From: Glycera tridactyla | Taxonomy: Eukaryota | NCBI GenBank assembly: GCA_965644265.1 | Contig: OZ286459.1 | Span: forward strand, 160,456,001 to 160,519,879 | Reading direction: 5' to 3' | DNA: 63,879 bases | Shown: in pieces, positions 1 to 13,800 of the stretch | Numbering within the stretch: position 1 is the first letter of the stretch | Layout: the number at the start of each line of letters is the position of its first letter | The notes under the pieces: model-generated | Databases searched by the model: none | What the model was told of the DNA's origin: nothing | The model's input: only the letters and a program-made list of their open reading frames with translations | Position numbers and translations under genes: made by a program

Positions 1-175
1 TTGCACTCTGTCTAGCATTACATGCTGCATGCTATCTCATCTGGGGGCTTGCTCATGGATCAGAAATTGTATATTTCCTGGCTTCTTTTCCTCGTATTCC
101 CCATGTTAATTTCGTCTTACTTCTATGTCAATTTCATATCACACCGCTATGTCAATGTGTATGGATATCTCTTAC

Positions 176-503
176 CAGTGGTCAACGAAAGTGAGAATGG
201 GTACTTGCCCAAAGGGCAAGTAGACCCAAGAGGTACTTGCCCGAATCTCACATGCACTCGCCCGGATATCAAGGGGTGAAAGATTACAAACTGAACATCT
301 GTCACATATATTGTTACTCTCTCCTACACATTGTAGTCCAATTTCGTTTGCTCAAGTCATGAAATGGGGCCCACCTGCCAGCTCACCCTAAATACACCTT
401 GTTTACATGCTTGCCTGTAGGACAAGCTGTAAAGACAGGAACTTGCCCGACAGGGTGCATGCACTCGTCCGGGACGATAGGGCGTGGGATTTGTCGAACA
501 CTG
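176..503. mobile_element. Non-autonomous DNA transposon (MITE) with CAGTG...CACTG termini and a 5-bp target-site duplication; hAT-like
   Basis: The left end CAGTGGTCAACGAAA and the reverse complement of the right end CAGTGTTCGACAAA form imperfect TIRs. CTTAC lies immediately on both sides (171-175, 504-508). Subterminal ACTTGCCC/GGGCAAGT and TGCACTCG(C/T)CCGG motifs recur in both arms. There is no transposase ORF. Confidence 0.65.
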
Positions 504-1975
504 CTTACTCAAGTTATTTTAGGCTTGATAAGTGAATTAATCTCTTAAGTATCTACTATAATCAGCGTGATGTAGTGAAATCAGTGCTTTCTAATGCTAA
601 TGTTTATGTGTTTTGGAATATCTTGACTAGTGTATGTAAGATTTAGCAAGCACTTTCCATGTTTTGTTATTGACTGTAAAGCCACGGTGTCAGTTTCATG
701 AAATTCAGTGGGAGATGGGGTGCCTTTAGTTCTCAAGTAAAATTGTGAGACCATCTCTGATTTTGATGTGAGGAACCCCCAACCTTTACCCCCACACAAT
801 TACCCATAGCATATGAGGCATGAGAATTGAAATCTGTGACTATGCCAGTGGATTGTCGAAGCTGCATGTCTGAAGTGATGGCACATTCACATTCTGTTGA
901 TCTAAATGGGTGTGTCAGTAGCACTATTTAGATGATTTTGTGTTTTTTTCTAGTTGGAAACGTTTGCCAGAAACAATGGTCTTTGTTCAAAGCATAAACT
1001 CTACAGAAAATGTGGATAATTAGATTGTCAAATCTCTTCATGGATATGGAATTGATCACATATGATTTTCAAGAAATTTCACCTTCTGGAAGTTTAATGG
1101 TTCACGTTTGTTGGCCTCCATTGACCTGACATTCATACAGCGCTATATAACCATGGCAAGAGCCTTGTATCACAGGATTCCCAGTATAGATCTAACAATG
1201 TGGGGCAAACTGTCATGGCAAAATGTTACGGAGGTATGATTACCCTTTTAATGGCAGTAATCTAAAGATAACCATAGCAATGTAACACTTGATTATCATT
1301 AATAGGAGATTGTCACTTCTATGAAATTAATCCCTGCTGTTGTCCAATAGCACTGTCCCCTGACTGTTCAATCTTTCATTTCTAGTTTCTGCTTTTGTCG
1401 CGGTCTTGTACTGACGTTCTGTAGTGCTTGTTTGACCTCACCAGCAGTCCATCTTTCAGCTGCCTCCACAGCTTCCATAGCTATATTGGGAATAAATTCA
1501 TTTTGGTTCATCAATTGATTATAATCAATGTACAGTCAAGATTGGGAGATTGATGCATGGGGACTGGTGACTGACATGACTTGAGAAGCAAGAAGGCAAG
1601 GGTTCATCTGTAAAAAGCGAGTCACATCAGCTGGAGAGTTAAAGGTAGACCAATAAATCTAAGAAAATAATTGTTGCGGGAAATGATACATTTGATGATG
1701 AGTTATAAAGAATCATTTCTGACAAAGTAACTTTGATTAGTAGAATTGAAAGCCAGTTTGATTAATTGAGTTGATTTCTGGGGGAATCATCCAAGCACCA
1801 GCAACAACCGTCCTCATTTGTGGTCACATGTACCTTTCTTATCCATCCGATGTAGGGAAACACTGCATCTGTTCCTGTGAGCTCAAGGCAATCCAAATAG
1901 TTAAGGAACAACATCTACTGTGGAATGATGATTTGGGACTCTTTTATTCACTTGTGATTTTAATTCTTGTTTTAG

Positions 1976-2436
1976 GAGCCGAGAACCCAGTAACGTACAG
2001 TCCAGGATTACGCCGTAGACTCCTCCCGTCTGATCTGCGGAAACGTCCCGGTCACACCCCCAAATCAACGTTCTATACTAGTTCATCAGCAGACGATTTA
2101 GACCGGCCGCCTAGTTCGCGCCGCGTAGTATCCCACTTATCAAAACCCCAGCAATACTCCCCTCCGACGATACGAGCCAGCCACGCATTCGGCAGCTGTG
2201 AAAATATCCTGGAAGAAACCAGCAAAGAGCCGGTACGACACACTGCAAGCGATCCAATGGCAACCTCACCGACCTCATTCACAAATAATATTGCACAATC
2301 AACTTTTTATACACCATCGGTGGTGGTGACTCGAGAACAGAGCCCAACACCGGCACATATGGACTCTAGCTATACCTCATCCGCAAAATCAACGCCCACG
2401 TTGTCACGGAGAGTACGTGAACCCCAGTTTGTATAG
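1976..2436 (+). CDS. Terminal coding exon of an unidentified gene; Ser/Pro/Thr/Arg-rich, probably disordered C-terminus ending ...VREPQFV*
   Basis: A polypyrimidine tract and acceptor (ttttaattcttgttttag|GA GCC) at 1975/1976 give a phase-1 entry. The frame is open for about 153 codons to TAG at 2434-2436, and GC/CpG content is clearly above the flanks. An AATAAA lies near 2671. The ORF-track portion 1771-1975 looks intronic. No domain is recognisable. Confidence 0.7.
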
Positions 2437-5400
2437 TGACCTTTGTACTGGTGCTGCCTGCAACCATGTGCCCAAACCACTGCCCCAGGTGGGAATCATG
2501 CGGTTTATAACTTATATAAATTCTCCTTACATGTTTCTGGCAAATCCTGGAAGAGGTTAATGACCTCCGTGGTGAATTTCTACATCCTGGAGGATTCTTT
2601 CATGAAGGAGGGACTTCAGAGGTTGACCATTTTCCTAGTTCCCAACATTTTGAAAACTTTAATAGCATGGAATAAATCAGGACTGTTGTGACCTCAGCGA
2701 TAACTTGCAGTGAAAAATACAGATGGATGGCTGTTCCTGATGACAGACTTTTTTGTCTTCAGTTCACATTTTCTGTGGTATCTCCAGAAGAAATTGTGGG
2801 AAGAACTCAAATCTTCCACCACTATGTAATTGTTCACTTGCAAGAGCTCTGCTGGTCAACTGAGATTTGGCATACATACTTGAAGGTGCTCTAGGATTTG
2901 AGACTATTCTAAATGACTGGGACCACCAAGACAAATTTCCAGTGTGACTTGTGCTTGGATCTTCAACGCCACTGATTCAAACTGTACAATCCATCCTTCC
3001 ACCGAATTACATATGACTGGTGTATTTGAAGTTATGATTGATTTTCACCCTGATTAGATAGATGACAGATCCCAGCAGTTTCTCATATTGAACCTCTCAA
3101 TGACAATTGTTTTTCGCTCTGCAACATGATTCATCCCCATGTGAAAACACAGACGGGGGGCTGTTCAGTTTGTTTAACAGAGAAAACATGAGTGAAATCC
3201 CCTACCATGTAGTCCTCATCTTACGTGCAACAAGGGCCCGTTTCACTGTGGGGTGGGTGCACTCAATATGAGGAAAGTGCTCTCAGTTATCAGTGTTTTA
3301 AAGAAATCATGGTGATTACCACCTATTGGGTACAGCTATATGCCTAGTGAAATGGGCCGTAGGTCTCCTGAAACAGGAAGATTGTCATGACCCCAGCATA
3401 TCTATAAGTAATATGTGACCTTACTTAATAAGCATGTCCTATATTCTGATGAGGGATGTATTTGTATGGATGTGTTAGACGGAGGCTGGTTTCAAGTGAA
3501 GTTTGTCTTGTAGGCATAACTGCATGTTTATTTGCAATAGGTGTAACATTTCTAGTCCGTCTATATCCTAGTGGAGAATTGTGCAGTTGTTTGATAGAAT
3601 AGGTAGTTTTCCTTTCATGAATGCAAGCAGACCACTATTCAATATCAAAGGGTGAAACTCATCGTGACTGGCATGTACTGAATACCTGTGGTCTTCAACA
3701 ATAACCAACTGCCTNNNNNNNNNNNNNNNNNNNNNNNNNNNNNNNNNNNNNNNNNNNNNNNNNNNNNNNNNNNNNNNNNNNNNNNNNNNNNNNNNNNNNN
3801 NNNNNNNNNNNNNNNNNNNNNNNNNNNNNNNNNNNNNNNNNNNNNNNNNNNNNNNNNNNNNNNNNNNNNNNNNNNNNNNNNNNNNNNNNNNNNNNNNNNN
3901 NNNNNNNNNNNNNNNNNNNNNNNGGCATGATGCCTCATATCCAGTACTTACTATTGCTACATGGATTTTCCACATGGATCCCGATGCTGGGCTGCGTGTG
4001 GTTCTTGCCGCGGATCAGGTGTTGTCAGTTTCAGTGTGGTTTATAGTCAAGTCAGTCGTTACATCTCATGCATTCAAATGTTGTTTCCTATTTTTCTGTG
4101 AGATGGTTGTATCAAATGCTTGCTTTTGACGATAGTAGCTCACCCAATACCCGGGAATTTGTTGGGAGCAAGCCAGCCCCACTGCAACTGTTCACTTTGG
4201 TTTCTGCCTCCAAATTTCTTCTTCTCTTCTCTTCTCTCTCTCCTGCTCTTTCCCTCTCTTTATCTCTCTGTATTCCTCGCTTCTATCTCTATCAGGTCTC
4301 TGTGTGGCTATAAAAATCTCACTTGGTTTTGGTATAGAAGTTCATGATAGTCATTGCAGAGAGGAAATATCTGTAATGAGTTATATTACGAGAAACTACA
4401 GGCTGGTCCTGTGGTATAGCTATGTACAGTCTGAAGTGTGGCTGCTTAGAACAGGTTTGACTGTGTGTTTAATAGGATCTGGTAATCTCTCTCTGCTGTT
4501 ACACTAGGTGCCAACCCCATTTGAATATTCTCCTGAAACTGCAGCTTGAAATCTTGATTACCTTTGAAAGGTCAAACCATCCCATGAAGGAGGTAGAAAA
4601 ATTATGAAGAAGAGTATTTTCCACACGTGGCAGATTTTGGTTCATCATCTCTTTTCGATGATACACGACTTCATCAGGTTCAAGTTGGGAGTAGGATTCC
4701 ATGATAATCTGGCACAGAATCACAGCTCTAATTCGTTGATAGTGAAATGTCCTCCTCACAAGGTCAAGGTCACAAGGATCAAGGCTCAGCAAAATATTGT
4801 GTTCCCTGTTCCCAAACTCCTGTGATGAGATTGTAGGAGCATTAAGTGTGTGTTCGACATATATTATGTGAGCATACATGTACTTGTATATCAATTTATA
4901 TATCACTTCACCTGATGATGCGTTGTTTGATGGTTGTGTTCCTGTTTGACCATGATATGGCGTGTTATCAGCTCATTCTGATTGAAAAAAAGACTTATTT
5001 ATGATATTGGTCAGCAGCACCAGTTTTTGTATGGTCGTGAAATCGTTGTGTTGTACTCCCATACAGTTGGTGTGATGGTAGATTTTAGTCTGGATGTTGT
5101 TGGTTATTATTTGTAACTCTACTTACAAGTTGTGCTGAACCATCCAGTAATCCTTCAATCACACAATCCTCAACCAAACCAAATCAAATCACTGGATTTC
5201 ATTCATGATTTTTGAAGTTGAGGTGTTCATCCACTCATTTATGTGGCAGGGGTGTCAAATAATTCTTGAAGGCAAAAGACCGTGGACGTCTGAAATTGTC
5301 ACTTGGGAATCTATCAATTCTTTGTTGAGTTTGACACTTACTAATGTTTATGGATCATTCAGTTGACTTGAGAAATTGTCAGTTATCATCCTCAAATTTC

Positions 5401-7801
5401 ATCATGTATCATGTTGTCTTTCTGGATGGAATATTTGCTCTCACGTCTACAACATCCCGCGGCGGTGACCACCAAAGCATGATATTGAAGTCATATCTCA
5501 GGTCCGTTTCACTGACAATGCATCTCTATTAAGAGCAGGTGCTGTTTATTTCTATGAAATATGAAACCATGGTGGTTATAATATCCCTTTCAGCTCTGAG
5601 CGGGATCACTTTTAACTGGAATGGTGTCCTCCTTGAGGCTTTTGTTTACATCAGTTATACACTTGGGTCAAGNNNNNNNNNNNNNNNNNNNNNNNNNNNN
5701 NNNNNNNNNNNNNNNNNNNNNNNNNNNNNNNNNNNNNNNNNNNNNNNNNNNNNNNNNNNNNNNNNNNNNNNNNNNNNNNNNNNNNNNNNNNNNNNNNNNN
5801 NNNNNNNNNNNNNNNNNNNNNNNNNNNNNNNNNNNNNNNNNNNNNNNNNNNNNNNNNNNNNNNNNNNNNNNNNNNNNNNNNNNNNNNNNNNNNNNNNNNN
5901 NNNNNNNNNNNNNNNNNNNNNNNNNNNNNNNNNNNNNNNNNNNNNNNNNTGGCATTAAAGGATCAGATGACCCTGGGCCAAATATAATTGTGAGATTAGT
6001 TTTAGAAATCCAGTGTTATTGCGTGACTGCATGTACAGTATATTTATAGAACCTATTTTTGTGAGTGCGTCAGATGGTGCATATGACTAGGAAAGCAGAG
6101 CACACTTTTAAAAATCCTCAATAACAACTTGATTACTCAAGCTATTTTATCCACACATTTTATTGTTTCTCTTCATTTCTTGCTTGCAGCGCGGAATGGA
6201 CAGAATAAATTACATTGCTTGTTCTGATGCTGAGGTTCAGGTTATTTCAGATAGGCGGTAAACTGGTGAAACCATCTTCATTCTGGAGGAAAATTGAAAC
6301 CCCCCTGGAAGGGTTGATGATTAATGTGATCAACCCATTGAGATTTGGGTTCTCACTTTGTACTCTCATAAATTCCTGTCACCCTCATCTCATTTGATGG
6401 GTTTCAACTCATATGGTTTCCTGTTTTCAGTATCCAATGCAGTCTTGCTTTTATGCCATACTAATCAGATTATTTTCAGTGCAATTTTATATAAACATGT
6501 GAAGAATTGTTCAAAAGCTGCTGTGCATAAGATGTTGTCTTTTTACCCTAGTCATCAAAAGAAGATCAGGGAGGAAAGAGGCGTACGGCTTCCTTCAGGA
6601 TTTTCAACTTGTTCCTGGTAGCTCCCCATGTATGACCTGGTCGCCATGGTTACCTGGACGTGGTTGCTATGTGTACCTCAGATTGCTTATGATAAGAGAT
6701 CTTTATTCATATTTATTCCTATCAGGATGTTTCAAGACTTAATACAGGTGTGGTTTGCTATAAAGTGCAATGAGTTGATTTGTTTTGTTGCTAGTGACTT
6801 CATCGCTGACGTTTCCGTATCAGTTGGCCGCATCATGTAAACACTAATGGTTTTATGAAAGCTCGGTAATTTCACGCTCTCCATACTGAGGTCTCAACTG
6901 TCAATTTCTTCTATTTTACTGATCATCTTGTGTTCAGGGTTTGTGAGAGAAATGATTAACAACTGGATTCTGAGACCGAAACAAATATTGACTGAGATGG
7001 CATAGAAGCAAGTACTTCGAGATTAAATAAGAGAATTTAGGGTCTACACTTAGAGAGGAGTACACCTCCTCAACCTGGTGGTATCTTCCCTCCTCACGTT
7101 CTCTCCTGCCACAAATTCTTCCATCTTTCTTCAGTGCATTGTTGGACAGATTATTGAGTGACCATCTTTAAGCACCTAGTGATATTATATCCCTTTTATG
7201 ATTGCCCATCTTGAGTGACGGGGAGTTTACCGGTATAGTTGAATTCTGGAGAATAGTATGCCCTGTTTCTGTGATGATTGCAGCAACCTCACATCAGTTT
7301 CTTGATGTAATACTAACTTGTGATGTCATCTATTGTATTCTTGTATAGCAATATATAAATATATCACTGTCTGTTATTGCAATATATATATATATATACT
7401 ATATATAGGTAAAATAAACCAGTATTGAAAACTATATCAGTGGATTGAGTGTTTTGTGTTTGTGAGCTCTGGTTTGTGACTAGGCTTATTGCAATATGTG
7501 ATGTGTTGTAAAGCGGGTCCCGAGTTAAAGTTGTTTCAAGTGCAGCAATTTGTCTGGAACAAAAAGCATTGCTATCCAACCTGAATGTCAGCTTGCAGCG
7601 AGTGATCCCGACAGAGGGCAGAGCGTGTAGGTTCCATAGATGAGGAACACATAGCAAAATGTAATCTTTTGGGTTGCTACAATGCTGAGAGTCTCTGCTA
7701 TATAGGAGATCATGTATTGATGCAGCGCAGGTATGTCAACAATGTACGGGTTATGTGTGATACACTGCTCCTTTGCAGAGAGTGATGTCTGCAGGCGAGA
7801 C

Positions 7802-7887
7802 AACATCTAGCTTTCATTGACCAGGAACACACGGCATACATAATCCTGTGGGTTGATACATGCCGTTGAGCCTCAAATAAACAAACT
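7802..7887 (+). mobile_element. SINE-like 3' tail fragment (dispersed repeat; second copy inverted at 17425-17509)
   Basis: The sequence agctttcattgaccaggaacacacggcatacat...gggttgatacatgccgttgagcctcaaataaacaaa matches the reverse complement of 17425-17509 and ends in a (CAAA)n-type tail. Confidence 0.55.
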
Positions 7888-10800
7888 CCTATGCAGAATA
7901 CCTGCCTTCTGAATACGCACTACAAAAAATTGGGCCTCTTGAAAGTCACCTCTTGGCATCCAAACTGAGGGGCCCAGTGGGCTAATTTCCTTTAAGAATA
8001 CACATGCTATTGTGCAGATATATTAGTGGATGACTGTGACTTGTGTAATAATTACTGACTGTAAATATGTGGGCAAATATGCATGTTCCATGGAGATTTG
8101 CCATAAATGACATTGAAAAGACCTAGAAGCCATCTTGTGAATGGAAGAACTACCAGTTGTCCAACTTGCCACTAGATTTCACCACAATCTCTTGTAGATG
8201 GCGCTTATGAAATGGAAAGCATCAAATCAATCAACGAACCAATCTCAGCTCATGCACAGGATCAACAATATTGTCCATTTTTTGAGACAGCCAAACTTGG
8301 CCCAGGTATTTTGCTGATGTGTTCCCCTCTATCTCATACCTATTTTGTTATACTCTCCTGGGACATGAATTTTGATGAGATACCATCTCCAATATTGATA
8401 CACAGAACAGAACTTCGAACTTATAAATGAATAGCAAAGTTTATTGCAAAAAGAAGTAGAGCATGATACAGTATTGACGATGAAACATGAGGAGGACTGT
8501 CCTGAGAACAGACCTCATCCTGACAAACATCCAGGATCACAATTGATGTTATGATACGAACAACTTCCCATCCAGGGACTCTACCTTCGTAAGAGCTTCT
8601 ACGTACATCATGTTCCATCACTAATCAAATATTAACTCACAACTGAAAACATGATCGAAACTATATTTATTAGATTTTCAGTGGAACACTTACTGAAAAT
8701 TGATTGAATCTTATAAAACATCTTGTGTTTGTCAATAACTGTAAATCTAGAAGTTTGGAAGACACTGGTGTGTATTTTTGTAACCTTTTTTTATCATCTG
8801 GTGAAATATGCATAGAATTCTGATTTTCTTAACTTTTTGGGTCCATTCACCGAGATGTGAATGTTGAGAACAGTGGTTTGATCAGGTCATTCCTCAGAAT
8901 GAGTGAAACCAGAATCTGCTCCAAGTTGTATTGCAACATTCAAGGAAAATGGCCCGCAGACACTGTATCTTATTGGCTGTAACCATGCTAGTCGATACAT
9001 ACAGTCAGCTAGGCAAGCCCTCAGAAATAAATAAAACATATTGCATTATTTACACACTACTCCGAGAGTTCCAGCTCAGCTCCTCAAGTTTGCGATGAAA
9101 TATGTGTAACTTGTACCAGCCTGATAGTTCCATAAATAATTCCCCTCTCCTCCTCAGATATGAAATATAACATCAAGATTCATCATCAAAGTGATACATG
9201 ATGCGTGTTCATCACTCCTGAAATGTGGCTGTTGGTGGATGGTCACTTTAGTGGTACACTCTGATTCAGTTCCTATTTCACGGAGTTCTCACCTGCCACA
9301 CAACACATTCACCATTTAAATAATATGCTTAGTTCTTTTTATTAAATTCCTAGCTAACTACCTTCCACTTCTGGGCCACACGTGATGATTCCACTCTACA
9401 ATTTGTAACAGGGTGTTAACTAATCCCGGAGAATGGTTTATCTATATCTGTGGCGAATCGCCCAGATTCTTTCACAGCCGTTGATCTCCATAGTAACACA
9501 ATGATTCTAATGATAGATCAAATTCTTCGCTTCCTACTACCACCAGAAATGTCAGAATGTCATGATTAAAGAATATTTTTTTGATAATAATTACATAGTA
9601 TACATTGTAGCACCATTTGCAGATGATTACATCATGCTGAATAACAATTATCGAGGCTATATAATCACGGACATACAAACTCCATCCACCAAGTCTCCAT
9701 ACATCAACTAAATCTACGACAGAAATGGTACAAGCAAGAATGAATGCCAACATCTTCATCCTATACGTGAAATCAAAATCATAGGTCAACTTCGTGAGGT
9801 ATACATCTCACAACTTAGTCATCGAGGTATGACTATGACCATGTGCATCAATTCCAGTGCAAACTACTGTTTGTGAGATAGTTTTCTTGTTCAAAACTTA
9901 TATTTGCCTGATTTTCTAATGAAACTGTTCCCCAGTCTTGCAAGTACCACTGAATGACACATGAACTTATCTTCCATCCACTACTTCGCGGGGAATCCTT
10001 GATTCTGTGAATACACACTTATCAGTGTGAATCTCTACAGTAATAAACATAGGAGCATTTCAGCCACCATGGAAGCAGCATCCGTCTAACTCCAAAAGTC
10101 AAATGCACATGCAAATTCAAGAAAGCCAAGATATTCTAGACAAAATGTCCTGGCAAAATATGCATACTTTTCCAGGATTTCCTAATGATTTCAAAACTGC
10201 AGTGCTTGAACAGAAAGCCAATATTCATTGCCAAAACCAATGCAATTTCACTGAAATTATCTCCAACAGTAATTACATGATAATAGAAATCAACAAGCAG
10301 ATTTTGGATTTAGGTATCACTGTAAGCAGTAATTATAGGACAATACAAAAATGAATAGCGTGTTAAATATAGTAATTTTTGTTTATGCATAAATCCATCG
10401 CTCCTTTGCAGTTCCATCTCACTTGTAACAAAAATTCTACAGTACAAAATATCAGCGAATAAACTTTCGAATATGTATAACAAATAAGATTTCGATTGCT
10501 GAACATAAAGTTCACACATATATACGTCTTCATCGTTTCAATTTCTTACATTTCGAGCCCATTCACGGACACATTATCAACATTCAAGCACACAGTGGTC
10601 ATTATATACATCTTGAATCTAACACCATCGAGAGGGATGGGGGGGGGGGTGTAGCATTTCACTTGAGTTTCAAGTGCACTCGAAAATATGGGAGATGCTC
10701 ACAATTGCCATGGTTTCCATAGAAACATTGCCAACTGGGAACAATTTCATGTACATTTGAATAAAAGTGAAAATGGTGTGAGATGATTTAGTTTTTGTCT

Positions 10801-13800
10801 TCTTGAAGAATCCGAGTTGTCATAGTAACCAGATCAAACTCAGTCATTGGAAAGTTGAACTCCTTCAGGTCATCACCGAGTTGTCATAGCAACTGTATCA
10901 ACCTCAGTCATGGGAGAGTTGAATCCAGTTCTTCAGTTCATCCGTTTCAAAGAAGGCCTGGGATGCTATGCTGCGCACCCACAAAGGCCAAATACAGTGT
11001 CTACCAATATGTCCTTCAGTTTGATCCAAAGATGCCATCTTCCTGATGTACACATCTTATTCCATAACATCGGCAACACTGACATGATTCACCTGACTAA
11101 CTTATCGTCAAGGTGGTCTTAGATGACACTGATATTTCCGTTGAAAAGGGATGGCCAGGGCCCTCGTGTGTTAACGGAGGATGGTGGCTGTGTGGGGTGC
11201 ACTGAACTATTCCCTAGTTGAGAGCAATAGTCACTAAGGGCTGCTTCTATACCGCTAAGTCCAAGATTGGATCGAGGTGTTTGGGGGCTGCTATCATCTA
11301 ATCTATGGAAACATATCTACATCTACATCTCTGAATTAGGAGAATACTCGAGTGCTGCCTCCACCTCCACAATATCTGTGAAGAGTCTGTGAAGAGTCAC
11401 ACCTCCGTCCAACACGACCTCGGGCCAAGGTCAAGTCAGGACTGTAATATTATATCAGTACCATTTCACAGTTTTGCTAAATTCCTTAATTCACATCCTC
11501 AGTTTGGACACTTAGTACCTCAACTTCTCAGATTCCAAAGTTGCTCCAATGGATGACAATCTTGCAGACAGCATAACACAACATTATAAGAAGCTTGCAT
11601 ACATATATTTTCCATGAAGAGAATTATTCAACAAGTTGATGTCTCCACAAGGTCACAATGATATTCACAAGCACCAACATAAATGCAGAAGAGTACTCTG
11701 AATTCCTCCCATCCTCTTCTGAAAAGCTCAATCACTCCTCAGTTTCTGACAAATCATAAGCTCGGTATGCTCGGCATATGCGTAGAAGATTACACCGTCA
11801 TGGTATTCAATTCAGTATTTCCAATTGAGTGATTATATATCATGTTTCCAGCATGTGATTAAAGTCTCTTGCTAGCTCTGCTACTTGAAGAGTGAAAGAA
11901 TTCACTTTTTGATGTGGTGTGTGTGTGTTTTTCATTATCTCGACGTTGTGCGGAAGGTGGAGGTTCTAGTAGTGGCTGACCTGTAAACACAGGAAAAAAC
12001 GGTCATTAGACATAAATCAACAAAGTCCTGACTACATAGATTGAATAGTGAAGAAAGTATCAATCCAGGATCACTGAGGTTGGTTAGTGGGGTGGTTGTC
12101 TTCCCGTGGGCACCATGTAATCCATATTGGGAGGCCCATGTAACGGGCATGGGACGGGTCACTCAAGACTGTTCCTTCGGCGTCCCGACAATTTATGAAA
12201 TTAACCGACACTCAAGGTGTCATTTCTGGCATTGGATGACTATGACTATAATTTGGTTTACAAGTCAGTGTGATGGCATTGTACTACGAGCATGGATTAG
12301 GGATCAATTATAGTGAACCTGGCTAGAGGTTGACCATTTATACAGAATACTTTGGGTAAAAATCTCCTTACCCTGCTTTCAACCAGTGTACTTTTTTTTC
12401 AAAACATCATGCTGAACTTGAGGGTGGCATGCCATCAATTGCTTCATTTGTATTATATCAGCCTCCTTTCTAAATGATTGCATTGAAGATCTGACGAGCA
12501 TCATGATTATTGCTAGGAATTCCCCTCCAAGTTTTTTTTCAGCAATGCCCTGGCTTCATACATCCAATTTTATAACGATATCTTACCTATAAACTACAAA
12601 ATATCTAAAATGACAGTGGGAAAGGTGATCTAAATGATAGAAAATACTGTTATGTGAAATTTGAGAAGAGGAGAAATAAACTGTATTTGGGATATTGACA
12701 AAAATGTTCATTACTGTACTTAGCCAAATATTATCAAATACCCTTCACCACGGAGAGCGTGTCTCTAGTATAAGGTTGTGCACCGATACCTCATATTTCA
12801 TCAATAATCAGTGGCATAATCAATTATAATTTTTATCATGGAATCACTGTGCTATGTGGGAGGCCTTATCTACTCCATGACTGTAAAGGATTTAGTCTAT
12901 CTCAATACTCATTAATATACCAGAATAACTTTTGTAGAATTCTCTGCCTTGAGAAAATTCTCCGAAAAGCACAGACATTAGGGGCATATACAGAAAATAC
13001 ATCACTAGTCTCCAAAGCCTCACGACCAACACTTTCCGATACATAATACAAATCATTTATTAGAAATATGAAAGCGGGTTGTAACATAATAACCAGCTTG
13101 GATAGGCAGTGTAGCAGCATGCAAATCAATGTGAGCACGTTAACAGCAGAGTTCTTGAAGCTATCCACTGGCATGCAGCGTGGAGAGGTCATAAAACAAT
13201 AATCCCTGATCCAATCTTTGGTATAAAAATACAGACAAAAAAATCAGAGAACAACTGTTATTATTACTGGGCAGATCTTGAATTTGGCACTGGGTGTATC
13301 TTTTGAACATATTGTGACTGATATTTTGATTTCGAAGTTGGCTCCAATGGCTCTAGATCCTTTACAACAATTTGACTAAAGGCAATAATATTTGGACAGC
13401 TGTCCCCACCATGCTTGTGATGAACTTGTTTCTTGTGAAAGGGAACTTACCAATAATATGAAACCCTTGAAGGACACTTTATTGATAGATTTGTTCAAAA
13501 GTACATCTAGTGTCATCAGAAGTATAGATATCATTGCAGAATTTGCTTTGATAAACTCAACGTGAGAAACCCATGACTGGAATTTAGATGGAATTCCATG
13601 ATCCCATCGAGAATAATGGTGATTTGTTTGAGGTTTTTGCTACATCCAACACATAAAGCAAACACATTTCCTATTGCAGGTTGGACCCCTCTCCAACTAT
13701 TGTCATTACTGAGTAATTGGACAGACTATATTGAAATAAGCCCCTTATCAAATCACATATTGAGAGAAATTACAATATATATATATTTCATGATGCCCCA

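Noticed and set aside
1771-1975. N-terminal part of the 221-aa ORF, including a hydrophobic 'TM-like' stretch
   Set aside because: The hydrophobic stretch is the translated T-rich polypyrimidine tract of the acceptor at 1975, so it is intronic.
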